Shown here piece by piece: positions 27,931 through 42,700 of a stretch of 64,000 bases of DNA (position 1 is the first letter of the stretch; every line of letters starts with the position of its first letter). A program made the translations under genes and the position numbers. Origin of the DNA: the human T2T-CHM13v2.0 reference genome, Homo sapiens. The stretch lies in NCBI RefSeq assembly GCF_009914755.1, contig NC_060931.1; one strand, given 5' to 3'. Below the pieces are notes generated by a model. The model ran no database searches, was not told the DNA's origin, and was given only the letters and a program-made list of their open reading frames with translations.

Positions 27931-28435
27931 TGGTAGGCTGGACACTGGTCCCTCAAAGATACTTACATCCTAACCCCCAGAACCTATACATATGTTTAGG
28001 TTACATGGCAAAGAGGAATTAGGGTTGCCAATGGAATTAAGGTTGGTAAACAGTTGACTTTAAAATAGGGAGATTATCTTAGAGTATGGGATGGGCTCAG
28101 TGTAATCACCAGGGTCCTTAAAAGTAGAAGAGGAAAGCAGAGAAGTTCAGGGTGATGTAATGTGGGAAAGACTGGCCAGCCATTGCTAGTTTTGAAAATG
28201 GAGGAGGGGGAGCCAAGGAATGCCAGCAGCCCCTAAAAGCTGGAAAAGGAAAGGAAATTGATTTTCTCCCAAGCCTCCGGAAAGAAATGCAATCCTGCCA
28301 ATACCTTGATTTTAGTTCCATTAGACCCAGTTTGGACTTCTAACCTATAGAACTGTAAGATCATAAATTTGTTTTGCTAGAAGCCACCAAAATTTTGGAA
28401 GTTTGTTATGGCAGACTATAGAAACTAATGTACAC
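27931..28435 (+). mobile_element. MLT1D-like MaLR solo LTR
   Basis: tggtaggctg...ttacatggcaaagaggaatt...gagccaaggaatg...gaactgtaagatcataaattt...gaaactaat. Confidence 0.85.
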
Positions 28436-28511
28436 ACCAGACTAGAAAACTAATGTACACACCAACTAGTGATTATAACTGTTAACCTTTTATTATATGT
28501 ATTTCTAGATC

Positions 28512-28792
28512 TTTTTATTTTTATTTTTTTGAGATAGAGTCTCACTCTGTCACCCAAACTGGAGTGCAGTGGTATGACTTCTGCCTCCCGGGTTCAAGCA
28601 GTTCTCCTGTCTCAGCCCGAGTAGCTGGGACTACAGGCACACACCACCATGCCCAGCTAATTTTTGTATTTTTAGTAGTGAAGGGGTTTCACTATGTTGG
28701 TCAGGCTGGTCTTGAACTCCTGACTTCAGGTGATCCACCCATCTCGGTCTCCAAAGGGCTGAGATTACAGGCATGAGCCACTGCACCTGGCC
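28512..28792 (-). mobile_element. AluS with internal deletion
   Basis: Reverse-complement Alu, TSD ctagatctttttat. Confidence 0.9.
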
Positions 28793-29779
28793 TAGATCTT
28801 TTTATACACATACATATGCTTTCTTAAAAAAATGAAAAACTGAAATGAGATCATAATGTTGTAAATTGCCTATTTCCTTGTAGTATTTCTCTTTCCCTGT
28901 TAATAAAATTTTATTGCATCCAATACCTAGTTATATTCAAATTACCCTAATTCTCTCCCAAATGTCTCCCCAAAGCTGGCTTGCCCAAATCAGGATTTAG
29001 ATCAGGATCATCCATTATATCTGGTTTGTGTAATGCTTAGATATTTTAAAATCTAAAATTGTTCTTTTCATCTACTAATTTTTCTTCACAGTACTTGTCT
29101 GATTGCTTCCCCATGCTGTCCAACATAGCTTGTTCCTCTGTTCTCTGTACTTCCTATAAATTGTGATTTAGATCTGAGAGTTTGGTTGGTTCATGTTAAT
29201 ACATTTAGTCTAGAATACATCTTGGGCACTGTCATATGTTTTCGTTTGAAGTTACATAAGAAGACACATGCCATCTAGTGCCCACCATTACTGAAGCTCA
29301 GATTGTGTGAGCACTTCCTGTGTGATTCCATTTAAGTGAGGTTCTGAAACAATGCTCATCTGTGGTGATAGAAATCAAGACAGTGATTGCCTCTGGTAAT
29401 GGTGGGAATTGGCTGGACAGGATACTACTGAACTTTCTGGGTTGATGGCAATGGTCCGTATCTTTTTTAGGGTGCTAATTACATACCTGTATAGAGTGGT
29501 CAAAACTGAATAATATCTGTGCAGCCTTTTAATTGTATAATTTAAATTATGCCTTTAATTTTCTAAAATGGAGCCCTTAACAAACTCGTGAAGCAGTGAC
29601 ACAGTCCACTTTGCTTATTAGTCTAACCCTGGCTGCTGTCTCATTCTGAATCTTTTAATACTCTAGCAGTCTTACACTCAACTACCTGTGACTTTTTAAG
29701 GCCAAGGTCTTAGCTTCCCTAGTAAGTAAATGTCCTAAAACAGAGTTATGATTATGCCATCTCAATGCCCTTCACAACA

Positions 29780-30170
29780 ATGGTTGTCGACCGAGGCTGT
29801 GTATTATTAGAATCACCTGGTATGTTAGTTGGCTCTGGCTGCCATACAAAATACTATAGACTGGGTAGCTTAAACAAAAGAGATTTATTTTCTCACAGTT
29901 CTGGAGGCTGGAAAGTCTGAATTCATCATGCTAGAGTGGTCAGGTTCTGGTGAGGGCTGTCTTCCTGGTTTGCACAGTTTAAGTTTCCCCATAATATGCA
30001 GCCAGGATTACAGTATTGAAGGTGGGGTCTGTGGACCAGCAGCATCGGGATTTCCATGTTAGAAATGCAGAATGTCCTGGTCCACCCCAGATCTGTGAAT
30101 TCAACTCTGTATTTTAACAAGACCCCCAGATGGTTTGTATGTGCGATAAAGTTTGAAAAATACTTGTCTA
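29780..30170. mobile_element. MER5-like hAT fragments with an MLT1 fragment
   Basis: attagaatcacctgg; tttattttctcacagttctggaggctggaaagtc; gaccagcagcatc...ttagaaatgcagaat. Confidence 0.6.
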
Positions 30171-32339
30171 CAGCATCTTCCATAGTCTCCCAAACAGGTG
30201 TGCAAATGCTTCATCAATCATTTTTTGTTTGAGTTGAAATGGATGAACCTTTTGTCAGCAAACCAAGTTTTAGCCTTTTTAGTCTTGGAAGCCTGTCACT
30301 GTGTGGATCTTGATTACAAATAATTGTACCTTAGTGTGAAGATTTTATGCATTGCCTATATATTATTGTCTATTAGCAAACAAAAAAAAGCAGCAAATAC
30401 ACCCAGTACTAAAAACAAGTCCTAATGTTTTTAAAAATATACTCCCACCCCAGCGATTCCATCCCTATGAATAATTACTTCCTTAGCTTCAGGTAGGTTT
30501 TAAAATTGATAATGAAATAGAATATGTACTTGCGCTCCAGTTGCAGAAGGGAAGAGAAGTGGCTCTTAGCACAGAGCATGAATACTCTGTAGCTAATAAA
30601 TAATTCAGTAAACCGGGGAAAGGAAAAACATGTGTGCTTAAATAGCAGAGACACCCTAATGCTTAAAATATTATTACGTGAGACTCTGTCTCAAAAAATA
30701 AAATTAAATTTAAAAAAATTCTTATGGTGAGAAATCAGTATTGTTATATATGATAATATTATGTAGCATATAATGCTAGTTTAAAAAATTATTACAGTAA
30801 GTATGCTTAATACTAGAAATATTGAAAAACATGTAGTCTTGATGCTTTAGAAAGAAGTTCAAGGTCTTGTCATCCATCAAGATCATCAATATGGTTGTCA
30901 GTGTTGCTCATGAAGTACTAAATAAAAGATTCCTAGCTGACAGACACTAAAAATTATTAATTTCCACCTTCTGTTTTCCCATCTATACCCAATTAGAGTT
31001 ACCTAATGGGTATAGTTCTTTATTTTTAAGAACTATTAATTTCTAAAGCCTTTATATTTAAAATACCCTCTTAATTCCGTATAGCTACACATTTAAACTC
31101 CAGCCTCAGGGATAATTTCTGCTTCTGGAAATTGGTCTTCTCCTTCTCATTTTCCTTTCCACCGTTAATTCATAGCTTCTCACTTGTTAATATGATTAAA
31201 TAGTTTGCTAAATTATATCAAAATGGCTTTCTCGTTTAGCTCATAGCATTGTTATATTCTGTCCAATAGGCTGAAAATAAAAAGAAGCTAATCTTTATTA
31301 AGCACACATATATGTATACACAGAAACAAATTCACCTTTTAAAAAAAGGGAGCCTCGATAATGTTTCGTATTTAAATTCTATTTCCCAAATGGATAGGGT
31401 TGACATTCATCTAATTAGTGATCAGATTTAACCAAACAAGTTTTTGTTGAATGCATGTAGTGTGCCCAACAGAAATACACAGAAATACACTTTGAAACCC
31501 AAAACCTTTTACATTCGGTATGCAGAGAGAACTTATATTCCAGAATTGCAAATTATTGAATAAAGACCTTGCTGGTTACTGGTTCAGTAAAAATTTATTT
31601 AAAAAGATTTATTGGGTGTCTTTTTTCATTACCTTCTAAAACAACACTAGAAGATAGTGGTATTTCTTCCTTAAACACTATGTAAGAACATTTACATTAA
31701 TAAAATAGTGTACAGCCAAAATTATTAAATTTACTTTTTTTATTTTTAGTAAATACTTTTTATACTTTCATTAATTTTTAATGAAATATAAATGAATTTC
31801 TTAAAATAAATGGAAACATTGGAAAAAGATATTCAATGGAAAGTATGAGTTCTCTCAGAAATGTTTTATGCCTATATAAAAATCTGTGTTTTCTATATAA
31901 CTTTATATATTACTTTATTCCGGTTTTTCCCCCACAGGTGGAAGTATACCATGTAGTCTTCTCTACCTCGATATTTTTTACTTGAGTAATTTTGGAGATG
32001 CTTCCATATCAGCACATGTAGATCACCTTATTTTCAATGCTATGTAATATTCCAAGTATGGATTCAACCATTGCTATCAATATACATTTAAATGTTTTTC
32101 CCGGTTTTTACAATCTTGTAATAAGTGATGTTGTGATAAATAACATGTAGATATGTCTTTGTATTTCAATGCAGAATGGAATATCGAAAATTGCTATGCC
32201 AAAGAATATGTGCATCTATCATTTTTACATATTATGCCCAATTTCCCTTCAAAAAGCTTGAGCCAGTATACAGTTTTTGAGCCAGTACCCAGCAGTGTTT
32301 GAGAGTGTTGTTTGCCTGGTGGGCACCCATACATTGCTT

Positions 32340-33565
32340 GAATGATTCTCTCCTTTCTCCTTTCTCTCATCAATGTCTCCCTTTCTCTACTGGATCATTC
32401 TAATCAGAGCACAAACATGTTGTCATTTCTCACATCTGGAAAGAATAATTCCTTAATGGACTTCACTTGCCCTTTCAACTACTGCCCCATTTGTGTGCTC
32501 CCTTTTGCATCAAAACTTCTAGAAAAATGATGTATAAACTCCATGTCTTCATTTTTCTTTTCATCCTCTCAAGTATTCTCCAGTTAGGACTTTCAGCCTT
32601 GCTACTTTACCAAAACTGCTCTTAGCAAGTCACTGATGAGTGTTGCTATATCTAGTGGTGAGTACTTGGCCTTTGTCTTACTCTGCTTGAGCAGCCTTTG
32701 ATAGAGCTGATCCATTCTTGGACCACTGTCTTCACTTGGCTTTGATGATACCACCCCCTCTTCTGACCTTAGCTGCTCCTTCCAACTCTCTGTTGCTGAT
32801 TTGTTCCTGTATCCATGATGTCTTGATGTTGGTGTGCCTGGGACCCAGTCTTTGGACCTTGTCCCTTCTGTGCTCCCTCCATCAGTGATCTACTGTAATC
32901 ACATGGCATTAAATACTGTTTCTACCCTAAAGACACCCAAATTGTCCGTGGCCTTGGTGTCTCTCTTAAACGCAAGGCTTGTGTCTTGTGCTACCTACTT
33001 GATGTCTCTACTCAAATACCATAGAGAAATCTCAAATTAAACATGTCTAAAATTTGGTCTTGTCCCTAAAACCTGCTCCTCCCATACTCTTCCCCACATT
33101 AGGCAACAGTCATTCCATCCTTCTATTTACTCAGACAAAAACCCTTACACTCATTCTTGACCTCACCCTTTTGTTCACACTCCAGGCCATTAGGAAGTCT
33201 CATTGGTTCTACCCTCAGAAGATATCCAGATTCTGACCACTTCGCATCACTTTCGTCTCCAACACCCTAGTACAGGCAGCTGTCCTCTCTGCTCTGGATT
33301 ATTTCCACACTCTCCTGCTTCTACTCTTGCCCCCACCATCTGTTCTCCCTAGAACAACACAGCAGCTGTGCGATTCTGTTAATACTCATCAAGTCATGTC
33401 ACCCCTCTGATCAACCCCCTACAGTGGCTCCCATCTCATTGAGCATTTAAAGGTTGTATGTGATATCCCCCCAACCCACACACACAGAACATCCCTCTCT
33501 GATCTCACCTCCTGTTACCCTTCTTGCTCACATTGCTGTGGTCCCAGTAGCCTTTTTGCTGTCCT
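32340..33565 (-). mobile_element. L2 LINE remnant
   Basis: Pyrimidine-rich L2 text (aaaactgctcttagcaag, ctcaaattaaacatgtctaaa, tctaccctcagaagatatccagattctgaccactt). Confidence 0.75.
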
Positions 33566-34101
33566 GGTGCCCATGTAGAGCAGAATCCAGAAACAGACTT
33601 GTGTATATATTTAAATAGCTCATTTTATTCACTAAAGAGAGGAATTGATAGGCTCTCCAACAAATGGGGACATTCAGGATTGAACTCAGACAGCCTAAAG
33701 TCTGGACCTCCTGGGGGTTGCTCCATGAAATTGCCTTTCACTTTGCTTGGTCTTTTATTTAACACTCAGAAATGCCTTGAGGTAGTTTTGCACCCAGAGA
33801 GTGGGTAGGCACATTTGCAGACTCTTCAGAGTAATCAGGTGTGAGAGAGGGCCAGGTGGGTATTAAAACCCATGAGTTGCTTCTTGGGCCATGGCAGAAT
33901 CCTCACGGCTCATGGTAGGACCATCCACAGCTGCCTTTCTCCATGGTCCCTTGGGGATCTGGGAAACTGGCTGTGTCTGAGAACATGCTGTTTTGTAGTC
34001 TGCCTTCTCTATGGAGATATAACCATCTCCATATGTTTTCACCCCATTTGCCATTATTACTGGTACATTGAACAAACAGGTCTTAGAGGGTTCAATTATA
34101 A

Positions 34102-34428
<327 letters not shown>

Positions 34429-36459
34429 CCCCAATATCTTTTAAAATCCAATCCTTGAGATATTTCTTTTTCATTGCCTGGATGAAACTCAGGCACGCCA
34501 CAGTTTCTGGCCCTTCCAGGATGTAGGGAATGTAGGGAGATAGAGTGGTAAGAGCAGAAAAGCTCTTTCTTGATTGGCATTAATGTGGTCAGGTTTCTCC
34601 AGAGTTGGCACGTGTTTCAAGCCAACTGTCTTGTTGGGGCTTCTTAAGAGACCCCACTGAGAGAAGACCTCTTCATTAAAAGACTTCTTGATTTTAATGG
34701 ATGATGGGTTCCTGGAGGGGCAGAACCAGGTGGCAGCTCTTATCCAGGAGCAAGGTGGGCACAGTTGCCGTAATGGTCATAATGGAGCAGCAAGCGGAAC
34801 GTCGTAGCATACAGAGACCTTTGCTATTGGCTCACTATTCATAGTGGCCCTAGGACAAACTAGACGGGCAGTCTACTAAGAATTATCTGATTTATATAAT
34901 CAGAAAATCTCTAGGTCTAGTGAATAGAAACCTGAGCTGTTCAATGGAGAGTCATTGCCTCTCATCTACATTCCAGACCTGAGTCAGTTCTAAAACACAG
35001 AAATCCTTAGATTGCCGATTTTCAAACCGTGGCCAAGAAGTTGCAGCAACAGCATCACCTGGGACTTTGTTAGAAATGCACATTATCAGACCCTGCCCCA
35101 AACCCACTGACACAAGAACTCAGGAGGTGGGTCCTAGCAATCTTCACTTCAGCTGATTCTGATGCATGCTAAGGCTTGAGAACTCTAAAGTTTAGATGAA
35201 GGAGAGGATTGGGAAGTTTGAGGAAGGACCCTATAACATTGCTATAAGTATCTAGCATAAATCTTCCTTTCAGTCTTCCCCAAAAGACATGCAGCCATTC
35301 ACTAGGGTAACTGTGTACTGAGGAAGGGGGCATATCCAGGCTTTTGGTAGATTTCTGGACATTGGTTCTGAGTCTATGCTAATCTCTAGAGACCCAAAAT
35401 GCCTCTGACCCATTGGAGGGGGGTATCACTTATTGGTAATCAGGTAGTAAATGAAATTTGGACCTGTGGCTGCTTCATTGGATTCCAGTGGGTCTCTTCA
35501 CCTGCGATGTGGTTATCTTCCCATTCCTGAATGGAGCTGTCATCTCAGAAACAAAAAGAGCCCATCTCCATATGGATTTTCTGTCTTGTGTGGTGAGTAT
35601 TAGTATGGTAGGCAGGGCCAAGTGAAAGCTTCTTGGGATTTCCCCTTCCTATGTAAGAGTAAACTGAAAGCAATACCTTATCCCTGGGGAAATGACAGCG
35701 ATTAGTACTTCTATCTAACATTTGAACAGTACAAGAGTTGTTCTACTGTGTCCTCATTTAGCTCCTCTGTCTGGCATGTACAGAAGGAAGATGGTTATTG
35801 GAGAATGACTGTGAATTCTTACAACATTAACAAGTTACTAGACCAGATGTAGTCTCTTTTATTGGATAACACAGCAGAGCTCTTGGCACTTGGTATGCAG
35901 CTACGAATCTGGTGGATGCTTTTTCCCCCCGATACCAAATTAGCAAATATCACCAGAAGAAGCTTGCTCTCAAGCAGCTGGAGGAATGGCAAAACACCTC
36001 CCTATCTTACCTCAGGCCTGCGTTACCTCTCCTGCTCTCTGACGAGAACTAGTCTGCAGGAGCCTGGACCATCTTGGTATCCTGCAGAACATCCTGCTGA
36101 TGTGTAATTGACATGATGAGCAGCAAGGAGCAAATATCGTACATGCCTTAATAAGACAAATGTATGCCAGGGGGTGGGAGATGATCCCCAAGAAAAATCA
36201 AACGCCTATTGCTTTGGTGAAGATTCTAGGGGTCCAGTGTGGTCTGGAGAATATTGGCATTTCCTCTCCAAAGTGAAAGACAAATTACTGTACTTTGTAC
36301 CACCTATCACGAAGAAGAGCTATAATATTCTGTGGGTCTTTTTATTTTTGAGGTAACATAAACACTTTTAGAGTCTATTGTTCAGAGCAATGTTGTGAGT
36401 TACCTACTACGCTGCAAGTTTTGTCTAGGGACCAGTGCAAAAAAGGGCTCAAGAGAGAG

Positions 36460-36680
36460 CAGGGTTTCTCAGTCTTGGCACTATTGACATTTACGGGACA
36501 GGCAATTCTTTGCTGTGGGGCGGGCCTGTGCATTGCAGGATGTTTAATAGCATGCCTGGCCTCCACCTACCAGATGTTAGTAGCATCACTCCCCATAGTT
36601 TTGAGAACTGAAAATGTCTGCAGACATTGCCAAATATTTTCTGGGGTGCAAAATCACCCCCATTTGAGAACCATTGGGCT
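36460..36680. mobile_element. MER20 hAT transposon nested in the ERV
   Basis: tttctcagtcttggcactattgacattt...aaaatgtctgcagacattgccaaat...ttgagaacc. Confidence 0.85.
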
Positions 36681-37782
36681 ACAGCATGTCTAGTTAAGCT
36701 TTAAGGTGAGAATCATTGGGCTACAGCAGGTCTAGTTAAGCTTTAAGGTGACTACAGTACTGGCTGACAACTGGACTGCAGCCTCGTGAGAGACCCTCAG
36801 CCAGATTCTCCCAACTGTGCTGTTCCCAGATTCCTGACCCTCAGAAACAATGTAAGATGATAAATGCATGTTGTGAAGTTTTGGGGTAATTTATTACTCA
36901 GGAAACTCAGACAACTAATACACCAGTCCTCTGAGCCATAAGGTTAGGCATGCATGGCAGAAATCCATCATCAGGTGTAAGTAGTAAAATAGTATATACC
37001 AGGTTCGGTTTGAGCAGGTCCTTCAGGCACAAGTAAGTTTCAAGAGCAAGTGGCTGTGACTTCCATAGCATCTATTCTTGCTGCAATTTTAATTCAACAT
37101 CAGTCCACATCTGTGACCTCTTAGGATTGACTGTTGACAGACTAAGAAAACATTTGGGCCTGGTTCGCAGATGGTCCCTTGCAGTTTGCAGGCACCAGGT
37201 AGATGTGGACTGCTGAAGCATTGCAGCCCAAATCAGGAACGTGGTAAGAGGAGCTCTCTCAGGACCAAACACTGAGCATGTTATCTGGAGGGAGAGATGG
37301 CCAGAAGTCGAGATATATACCAATTGATGGGTCATTAATGGTTTTATTAGCATACTGGTGACAACGAAGTCTAGGAAAAAGGTTTGCAGATGGACCTTTC
37401 CCTATGGGCACTATCACATATGAATTCTCATTAGAGGGCATCCACTGATGAGGCCCTCAGCAGTCCACTGACAGGATAGCCTGTTCTGTGGATGTCAGTC
37501 AGTCCATTTCCAGCAACCCCGAGGCTTGCTTAATAGGCTCATGAAGAGCATGGCCATTGTGGCAGGGAGAGAAGCCAGACATGAGTTCAACAATGTGGAC
37601 TTCCCCTCATCAAACTGGTCTGGCTCCTGTCACTGATAAATGACTAACTTGCTGACAGGGGCTCTACCATCTCTGAGTCTCTGATGTGGAGTCATTCCCC
37701 AGGGGGACCAGTCAGCCATCAGATTATTGCATGGAACTTCTATTATGAAGGACATGATTTTGTCCTCTAGAATAGACACTAT

Positions 37783-38078
<296 letters not shown>

Positions 38079-39348
38079 TGAACTTAACACAGAGCCTTAT
38101 TTAATAGCATGATGATTATGACCAAAGAAGTTCTTTGCTTGTGACCAAAGAACTAATTTTACAGCAAAAGTAGTACAGCATTGGTATCATGCCCATGGGA
38201 CTTATTGGATTACCATGTACTCCAGCACCCAAAGGTAGTTATCATTACAAAATTTAGAAATAGATAACTGAAGTTTCAAAAATGGTACCATCTGGAAGAT
38301 AACTGCCTGCAGTCTAGGTGGCTTTCTTACTGCACGTAGATTATGCTTTGAATCAGCAAATGAGTGATGCTATGTCTCTCATAGTCAGGATACACAGACC
38401 TGGGAGTCAAGGGGTAAAAATGAGAGTGGCTACTCTCACTATCACATCCTGAATATCACTCACAGAATATTTGCCCTCCTTCTACAAAACATAGATCAGC
38501 TGGTTTAAAGGTCTTGATTCCTAGGAGAGAACGCTTCCTCTAGGGGAAACAATAACGTTCCACTGAACTGGAATTCGATACTTCTGTCTGCCCATTTCAA
38601 GTTTCTTCTGCCACTAAATGGACAGGCAAAGAAGAGGGTTACTTTTCTGGCTGGGGTGACTGAACAGAATTATTACCAGGGAGTAATTGGGTTGCCGTGA
38701 CACACAATGGTGGCAGAGAGGACTATGTCTGAAGCCCTGGAAATTCTCCTGGGTGCCTCTTAGCACTTCCATGTCCAAGAGTAAAAGTTTCTGGAATAAT
38801 ATTGCAACCTGCAGGACAGCTAAAGACTTAGACCCTTCAAAAATGAAGGTTTCAATAATCTTGCCAAGAAAAGAACCCCAGACAACTAACTTCAGTTGCT
38901 GGCTGAAGGTAAAAGGAAGATGGAATGGACGTTGGAAGAAGTTCATTCTCAATTATTATTTAACTATTATCATCATCAGTCAACTAGTTTTGTTACCAGT
39001 CACCAAAACAAAACCCGTAGCAGCTATGCACATTTTCTTCTTTGTTTACTCTGCATAACACTGAGTGTTGGTGGTTAATTTTACAACTTAGCCTTTAGGT
39101 TGTAGAACATCCATTATAAAAGGTGCAATGGTGTCTGAAAGGAAAAAATTTAACATCACCCTGGGATGAATACAGTGGCTGAGGCCACTATCTTACAGGG
39201 TTTTACTCTGAATTATCTGTTTTAGGGAGAGAGTGAACTTGTGTTCATCTGTGTGAGGAATAAAATTGCATTCTGTGAGGAAGAAGTGTGATGTTGCTGT
39301 AGGGTGCGTACAATGGAATGTGTGGATGCTGAGTAGCAAAAGGGTGGA

Positions 39349-39753
39349 TGTGCTGGATTGTGTCTCTTGACTCTTAAGTCCAAGTCCACCCTTCTGGATA
39401 ATCCTCCATCCTCTTTCCCAGACTCACTCATCCAGCTGGTTTCATGGGAGGCGCTGGTGCTAGGTCCCAGTGTGGGAGGAGGAGATTAGCCATTTTCCCC
39501 AGCTGGCCTGGACTGCCTGTGCTCTGGGCTCCAGCAATCCGGGGATAGTTTCAGCAAGATCAACACTGAGTATCCCTGACAGGATTCAGCCAAGGGCCAG
39601 TGGCAGCTTCCCAGCCTCTTTGGGTAAGAGCCCCTTCTTTTTTTGCTCCTCAGTCCTTCCAGTAGTTTTTAACCAATTTCCTGTGTTCCATCCTACTCTG
39701 CTTGAGATATATAGAGAGGTTTCTACTTTTGTGTTTGAGCACTGAATGATACA
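39349..39753 (+). mobile_element. 3' LTR of the ERV-L element (LTR33/LTR41-like)
   Basis: Starts TG directly after the PPT and ends ...ggtttctacttttg...tgaatgataCA, an ERVL-LTR-type terminus. Confidence 0.75.
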
Positions 39754-42700
39754 TAGTTCCTTCCATATCAGTCCATAGTGAGCTTCCTCATTCTCTAGTC
39801 AAAAAAAAAAAAAAAAAAAAAAAACCCAAACAAACAAACAAACAAACAAAACAGGAATACATCATATTTATATGAGAAGACCCAATAATGGATATTTAGA
39901 CTGCTCTCAATCTGCTCTTTTAATCAATAAGAGTAGTAAGTACATTTCCATTTCAGGAAAGTATTATCAAGGCATATATTTGGAAATTTTTGTGTCTTAC
40001 CCCACTTGGAATTTTACGCGCCAGAGCTCTTATGCAGGAATCTAAATGGCTGAAATAGGATTAAACTAGACTGTGGAATCTAGAGAGCGTTCAACTGCAG
40101 CTGGTTATTTATTGCTTAATAAGTATTTTGAAGTATTGTTCGGCTATGTCCTAGCCTTATCTCTTCCAAATGAATTGCAAGCACTCGGAGCTTGATTTTT
40201 TGTCATCTTTTGAATATGTAAATGTGTCATGTTGGGAGGGGGGTTGGTAGTACCTCCCTCCTCTGTGATTCATGTCACCTGAATGTGTCATCCTACTGGC
40301 AGTCTAGGAAGAGCCCTGCATAGGTCTTAGGTTTTCTCTTGAGGAAGGAGCTCATGACACAGCCAGCACTTCCACATAGGATAGTAGCTCAAATAGAGGT
40401 CCAGTTTGTTTTATTATTGGGCTTATTCCAAATTCCTTTCCTGGGGCACTGTGCTTTAGAAATGCTTTTTTCTTAATTATGAAATATTTTAATTGATTTG
40501 TGGGCAGTGCCTCTTATTCAGCCTGTGCAGCCAGTCCCTTTGGTCCAGCTCAGGGTTGGAGGACTGCCTGGACCTGTTCAACGCCCTCAGCCCCGTGAGG
40601 CCGCCTCAGGCCATCTCACCCATCTGACACTGCTTCCACTGACCACAGAATGAAGGCCTCTTTAGCTCTTTGCTAGCTCCATCCCCCAACTCTGTTTCTT
40701 GATTTTATCTTCTTTAATTAATGAAGTGCACTTTTGCTATCTTCTTAACTTTTAGGTATTCAGATGATTCTGCCGTTCCATTTCCAGCTCTTAGACTCGT
40801 TGAATGTTCTAAAATGGGAAAGGCTGGGTCCTGTTTATAGTTGCCTTGCCAACTCCCAATCAGCCTTTTCCTAAGGAAGATTTTTCTTTAGCCAGTCTAC
40901 ACTTTCATAGCAACTTAGAGTGTGACAGGAATCCTCAAACATTCAGAAGTGACTTGGCCGGTAGAGATCCGGAGTTGCATTTCTAGCATGAATATCCAGC
41001 CTTGTCCCTTGAGGGTTCAACTTTAATAATCTTTAACATAATCCCTTTAAAACACAAATCCCTGGCAGATCCAAGCTGCTTTGGTACAAAAGTTCTAGAG
41101 ATTAAAACCAAAGCTGCTTTCGGTGGTAGTGCTGTTATACTGTCAATCCCATTGCCAGCCAAATTAACAGCATACATTTCTGATAACCCACCTAATGCTG
41201 GTAAGCAATCAATAGCCAGATTCATTTAACTCTCAGAAGCTTAAATGCTGTTAAATCACATTTCCTGTTCATGGGGCTGAATCCTAGAAGATGTGCAAGA
41301 GTTGTTTTTTCAAGTACTCAGTGGAAAAAAGAAAGAAGGCATGTAAAGGAAAAGGTTTTAGTACTTATATGTTATATTGATTATATATAACATTTATATT
41401 CACTGTAATATTGAACAAAAATAGTTTATACTGATCATTTACTACACGAAACAGCATTACCTAAGATAAATGGTAACTGATTTGCTAATTTTCTAGATAG
41501 TCACATTCACAGATAAGTTCACAGCTGGATCAGATACACCGTTAACAAAAACTGGTTTTTAAAACTATCAAAACAGGAAGAACATGGAAACTTCATCCCT
41601 AAATCCTCAATGGCACATTGGAGATTTCTTAACGCGTATTGCTTTTCTTTTCACTGGAATTCCACATGCAAGTTGTGAAGTGCAAGACTGAACTATTAGA
41701 AGCTCCAGATTTGACATGATCGCAAATTAGTTTTACCTCTTGCTGGTACATATTCCCTATGTTCAGGTTCATAGAAATCCCAGAAAACACATAGGTCTCC
41801 ATCTGAATTTTGGTCAAAGGATTCAGTTCTACCTCTTTCATCCTGGCCCAGTTTTACTGCTGGGAGTCTCACTGGCTTTCTCTTTAGCCGTCAACAAATT
41901 TGGAGCAAGCTTTTCTCTCTGGGAAAAGATTACATATGGCAGTCTGGATTTTAGTTTATATTTTCATTATAAATGAGAGAGTCTTTTAAAAAGCCACTTA
42001 AGAATCACTGCACAGCTTCATGTGGGATTTGGCCAACGGTTGTTGGAGTTCTAAGCTATTAAATCAGCTTTTTTCTAACTGCGAAAAGCAGAGGTTGAAA
42101 TTTTATATTTTTTCAACTCCTCAACCAGTGGCTTAAGTAGTTGAGTTATTAAGAAGAAAACAATATGGAGTATTTTTCAGAATTAGACATTCGCTTTTGG
42201 TTTGTTTATCCACAGATGAAAAGAGTTGAGAAGATTTCATCTTAGCATATCTAATTTGAATTACATCTCTTCTACCAGAATCCTTTTCTCGGGCATAATG
42301 TAGCGGGAACCATCAGTTTGTTATTGCTGGCAGGTCTCAGCTTGTAACCAACAGAGGAATATTCCAGTCCTGCCATGACACAAAATAGAATTTGTATTCG
42401 TACTGGAAGAAATGGTTGACTTTCTAAATACCTTATTGTAGTTTATGAGTTTAAATTAAGCTAGATTTTTTAAAAAATCTATTTGTAAGGGTCTCATTGC
42501 CTCTAAAGAGCAAAACTAGGTCAAAACTTCCCTTAACTTAAAGGTGGATAAACAATTCTATTTCACATAAAATACCATGAAATTGAAAAGATGACCAAAC
42601 TCACAATTTCCCATTAGAAAATACCTCAGTTCATTCAACAATAAATATGAATGAACATTTACGAAGTGTCAGGTGCTCCACTAGGAGCTGTGAACACAGG

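Noticed and set aside
28422-28464. Small direct repeats (also 25571-25600, 58999-59058, 58217-58250)
   Set aside because: Ordinary short slippage duplications with no sign of function.
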